From: Clostridia bacterium
GTDB lineage: Bacteria; Bacillota; Clostridia; UBA1381
Assembly: GCA_900756545.1 (NCBI GenBank)
Contig: CAAEKO010000034.1
Span: forward strand, 48,662-72,661
Direction: 5' to 3'
Length of the DNA: 24,000 bases
The notes beneath the pieces are model-generated. The model did no database searches. It was not told the origin of the DNA and was given only the letters and a program-made list of their open reading frames with translations. The first letter of the stretch is position 1; each line of letters begins with the position of its first letter. Both the position numbers and the translations under genes were made by a program. Below are positions 22,766 through 24,000 of the stretch, one piece after another.

Positions 22766-24000
22766 ATGGATGAAATAATAAAAAAGGGAAATACAGGAAA
22801 ACGGAATAAAAAAACCGTTATCCTTTTAATTATCGCAGGCGTAACCGCTCTGCTATTCGGCGGATTCTTGTCTCTTTCACTGGTACTGCCGGATAATGTA
22901 ATCGCGGGCAATGTTTCTGTTCGCAGTATTGATTTGGGCGGCATGACGCTTGAGGAGGCACAGGCCGCTATCCGCAAAGCTGATTTATTCAAAAATGTGA
23001 CGTTAACGCTGGAGCATGACGGCACAATAAAGGAAATCCCAGCGCAGGATATCAGCTTGGACGTTGACGCCGAAGCCACCGCGCAAAAGGCCTTTGCTGT
23101 ATGCAAATCCGGCAGCATATTTAAGGATTCTTTTGACCACCTGAAGTTATTTTTCACACAAGAAAATATAGCGGTCGTGCCCAAAGCAGATACTGATACC
23201 TTGGACGCTATTCTGTTTGCATTAGGAGCTGAGGCTAATGGAGAGATGACTGACCACCAGGTCACTATTGCTGACGGCGCGGCAACTATTATACCCGGGC
23301 AGCCGGGGCAGTCCCGTGACACCCAAAAGGCTCGTGAAGAGGTTCTTGCATCCGCCGCTACAGGAAAATATGACGGCATCTCTGTAACATTAGAAAAAAC
23401 AGAGCCGGAAAAACTGACGGCTGACAGCGCATATGAGCTAATCCACAAGGAGCCTCAGAATGCGGAATATCAATATGAGGGCAATACTGTGACTGTCTCC
23501 CAAAGCGTTGTAGGCTGTGATGTGGACAAAGCTCTGCTGGATGAAGCAGTCGCAAAGGTTAACAGCGGCGCACAGGCCACTGTTCCAGTGACAGTGACCG
23601 AACCGGCCCGGACAACAGAGGTCCTCCAGTCCAAGCTGTTTAACTCAACGCTGGCCAGTTATTCCACAACGTTCTCTACAGCTGCGGCAAACCGTGCGGC
23701 TAATGTGGAGCTGGCTGCCAGCAAGATTAATGATACAGTCCTCGCGCCAGGGCAGGTCTTTTCCTATACGGAGGTTCTCGGCAATCCCTCTCTGGCAAAC
23801 GGCTTTAAAGTCGCGCCGATATATGAGAACGGAAAATCCTCCCAGGGCGTTGGCGGCGGCGTCTGCCAGGTTAGCAGCACACTGTATTCTGCAGTGCTTT
23901 ATGCAGATTTAGAGGTAGTATCCCGGCAGAATCATTCCTTGACGGTTGCCTATCTCCCAAAAGGCCAGGACGCAACTTTCGCCTACGGCTCCATAGATTT
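22766..24000 (+). CDS. VanW-family protein, 3'-truncated by the window end (absent from the ORF track)
   Basis: The frame is open from ATG 22766 to the end of the window. N-terminal TM segment 'TVILLIIAGVTALLFGGFLSLSL'. C-terminal VanW signature 'LAPGQVFSYTEVLG...GFKVAPIY...GVGGGVCQVSSTLYSAVLYADLEVVSRQNHSLTVAYLPKGQDATFAYGSIDF'. The 234-aa minus-strand ORF 22744-23448 is its antisense shadow. Confidence 0.85.
   Translation, partial: MDEIIKKGNTGKRNKKTVILLIIAGVTALLFGGFLSLSLVLPDNVIAGNVSVRSIDLGGMTLEEAQAAIRKADLFKNVTLTLEHDGTIKEIPAQDISLDVDAEATAQKAFAVCKSGSIFKDSFDHLKLFFTQENIAVVPKADTDTLDAILFALGAEANGEMTDHQVTIADGAATIIPGQPGQSRDTQKAREEVLASAATGKYDGISVTLEKTEPEKLTADSAYELIHKEPQNAEYQYEGNTVTVSQSVVGCDVDKALLDEAVAKVNSGAQATVPVTVTEPARTTEVLQSKLFNSTLASYSTTFSTAAANRAANVELAASKINDTVLAPGQVFSYTEVLGNPSLANGFKVAPIYENGKSSQGVGGGVCQVSSTLYSAVLYADLEVVSRQNHSLTVAYLPKGQDATFAYGSID

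Noticed and set aside
22744-23448. 234-aa minus-strand ORF
   Set aside because: It is antisense to the VanW-like gene, whose plus-strand frame is open from 22766 to the window end and ends in the VanW signature. Its own translation is low-complexity and S/A-rich.

Overview
The window has two parts that differ in composition.

(A) Positions 1 to ~18,650 are a visibly AT-rich accessory island typical of Clostridia-type Firmicutes. It holds:
- a RES-domain operon
- a Tn916-type tyrosine integrase flanked by 27-bp perfect inverted repeats
- a 1279-aa LRR/MBG/SLH surface protein
- a ParM/ParR-like pair
- a hairpin-dense non-coding block followed by MobC and a relaxase
- an IS1182-family element
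- a BECR-like nuclease candidate behind a structured leader
- an NB-ARC/TPR STAND NTPase
- TnpW and a large serine recombinase

The mobility genes look decayed. The integrase has two compensating frameshifts. The serine recombinase has an in-frame TAA. The relaxase 3' end is overlapped by a more protein-like frame.

(B) Positions ~18,670 to 24,000 are GC-richer core chromosome. The minus strand carries yebC, jag/khpB, yidC, yidD, rnpA and rpmH. The plus strand carries a YkgJ-type Cys-cluster protein and a VanW-like protein that runs off the window. The ORF track missed rpmH, tnpW and the VanW-like gene.

Best candidates for something new:
1. A STAND NTPase, then a consensus promoter, a ~140-nt structured RNA and an intrinsic terminator, then a BECR-like nuclease (13,031-16,318).
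2. A possible promoter-inversion switch (1709-3056) upstream of the surface-protein gene.
3. Three loci that each carry three TCAAT motifs spaced exactly 11 bp apart, one of them upstream of parM.
4. A long RES-domain protein with no Xre-type partner.

All family calls rest on motif recognition by eye. No searches were run.
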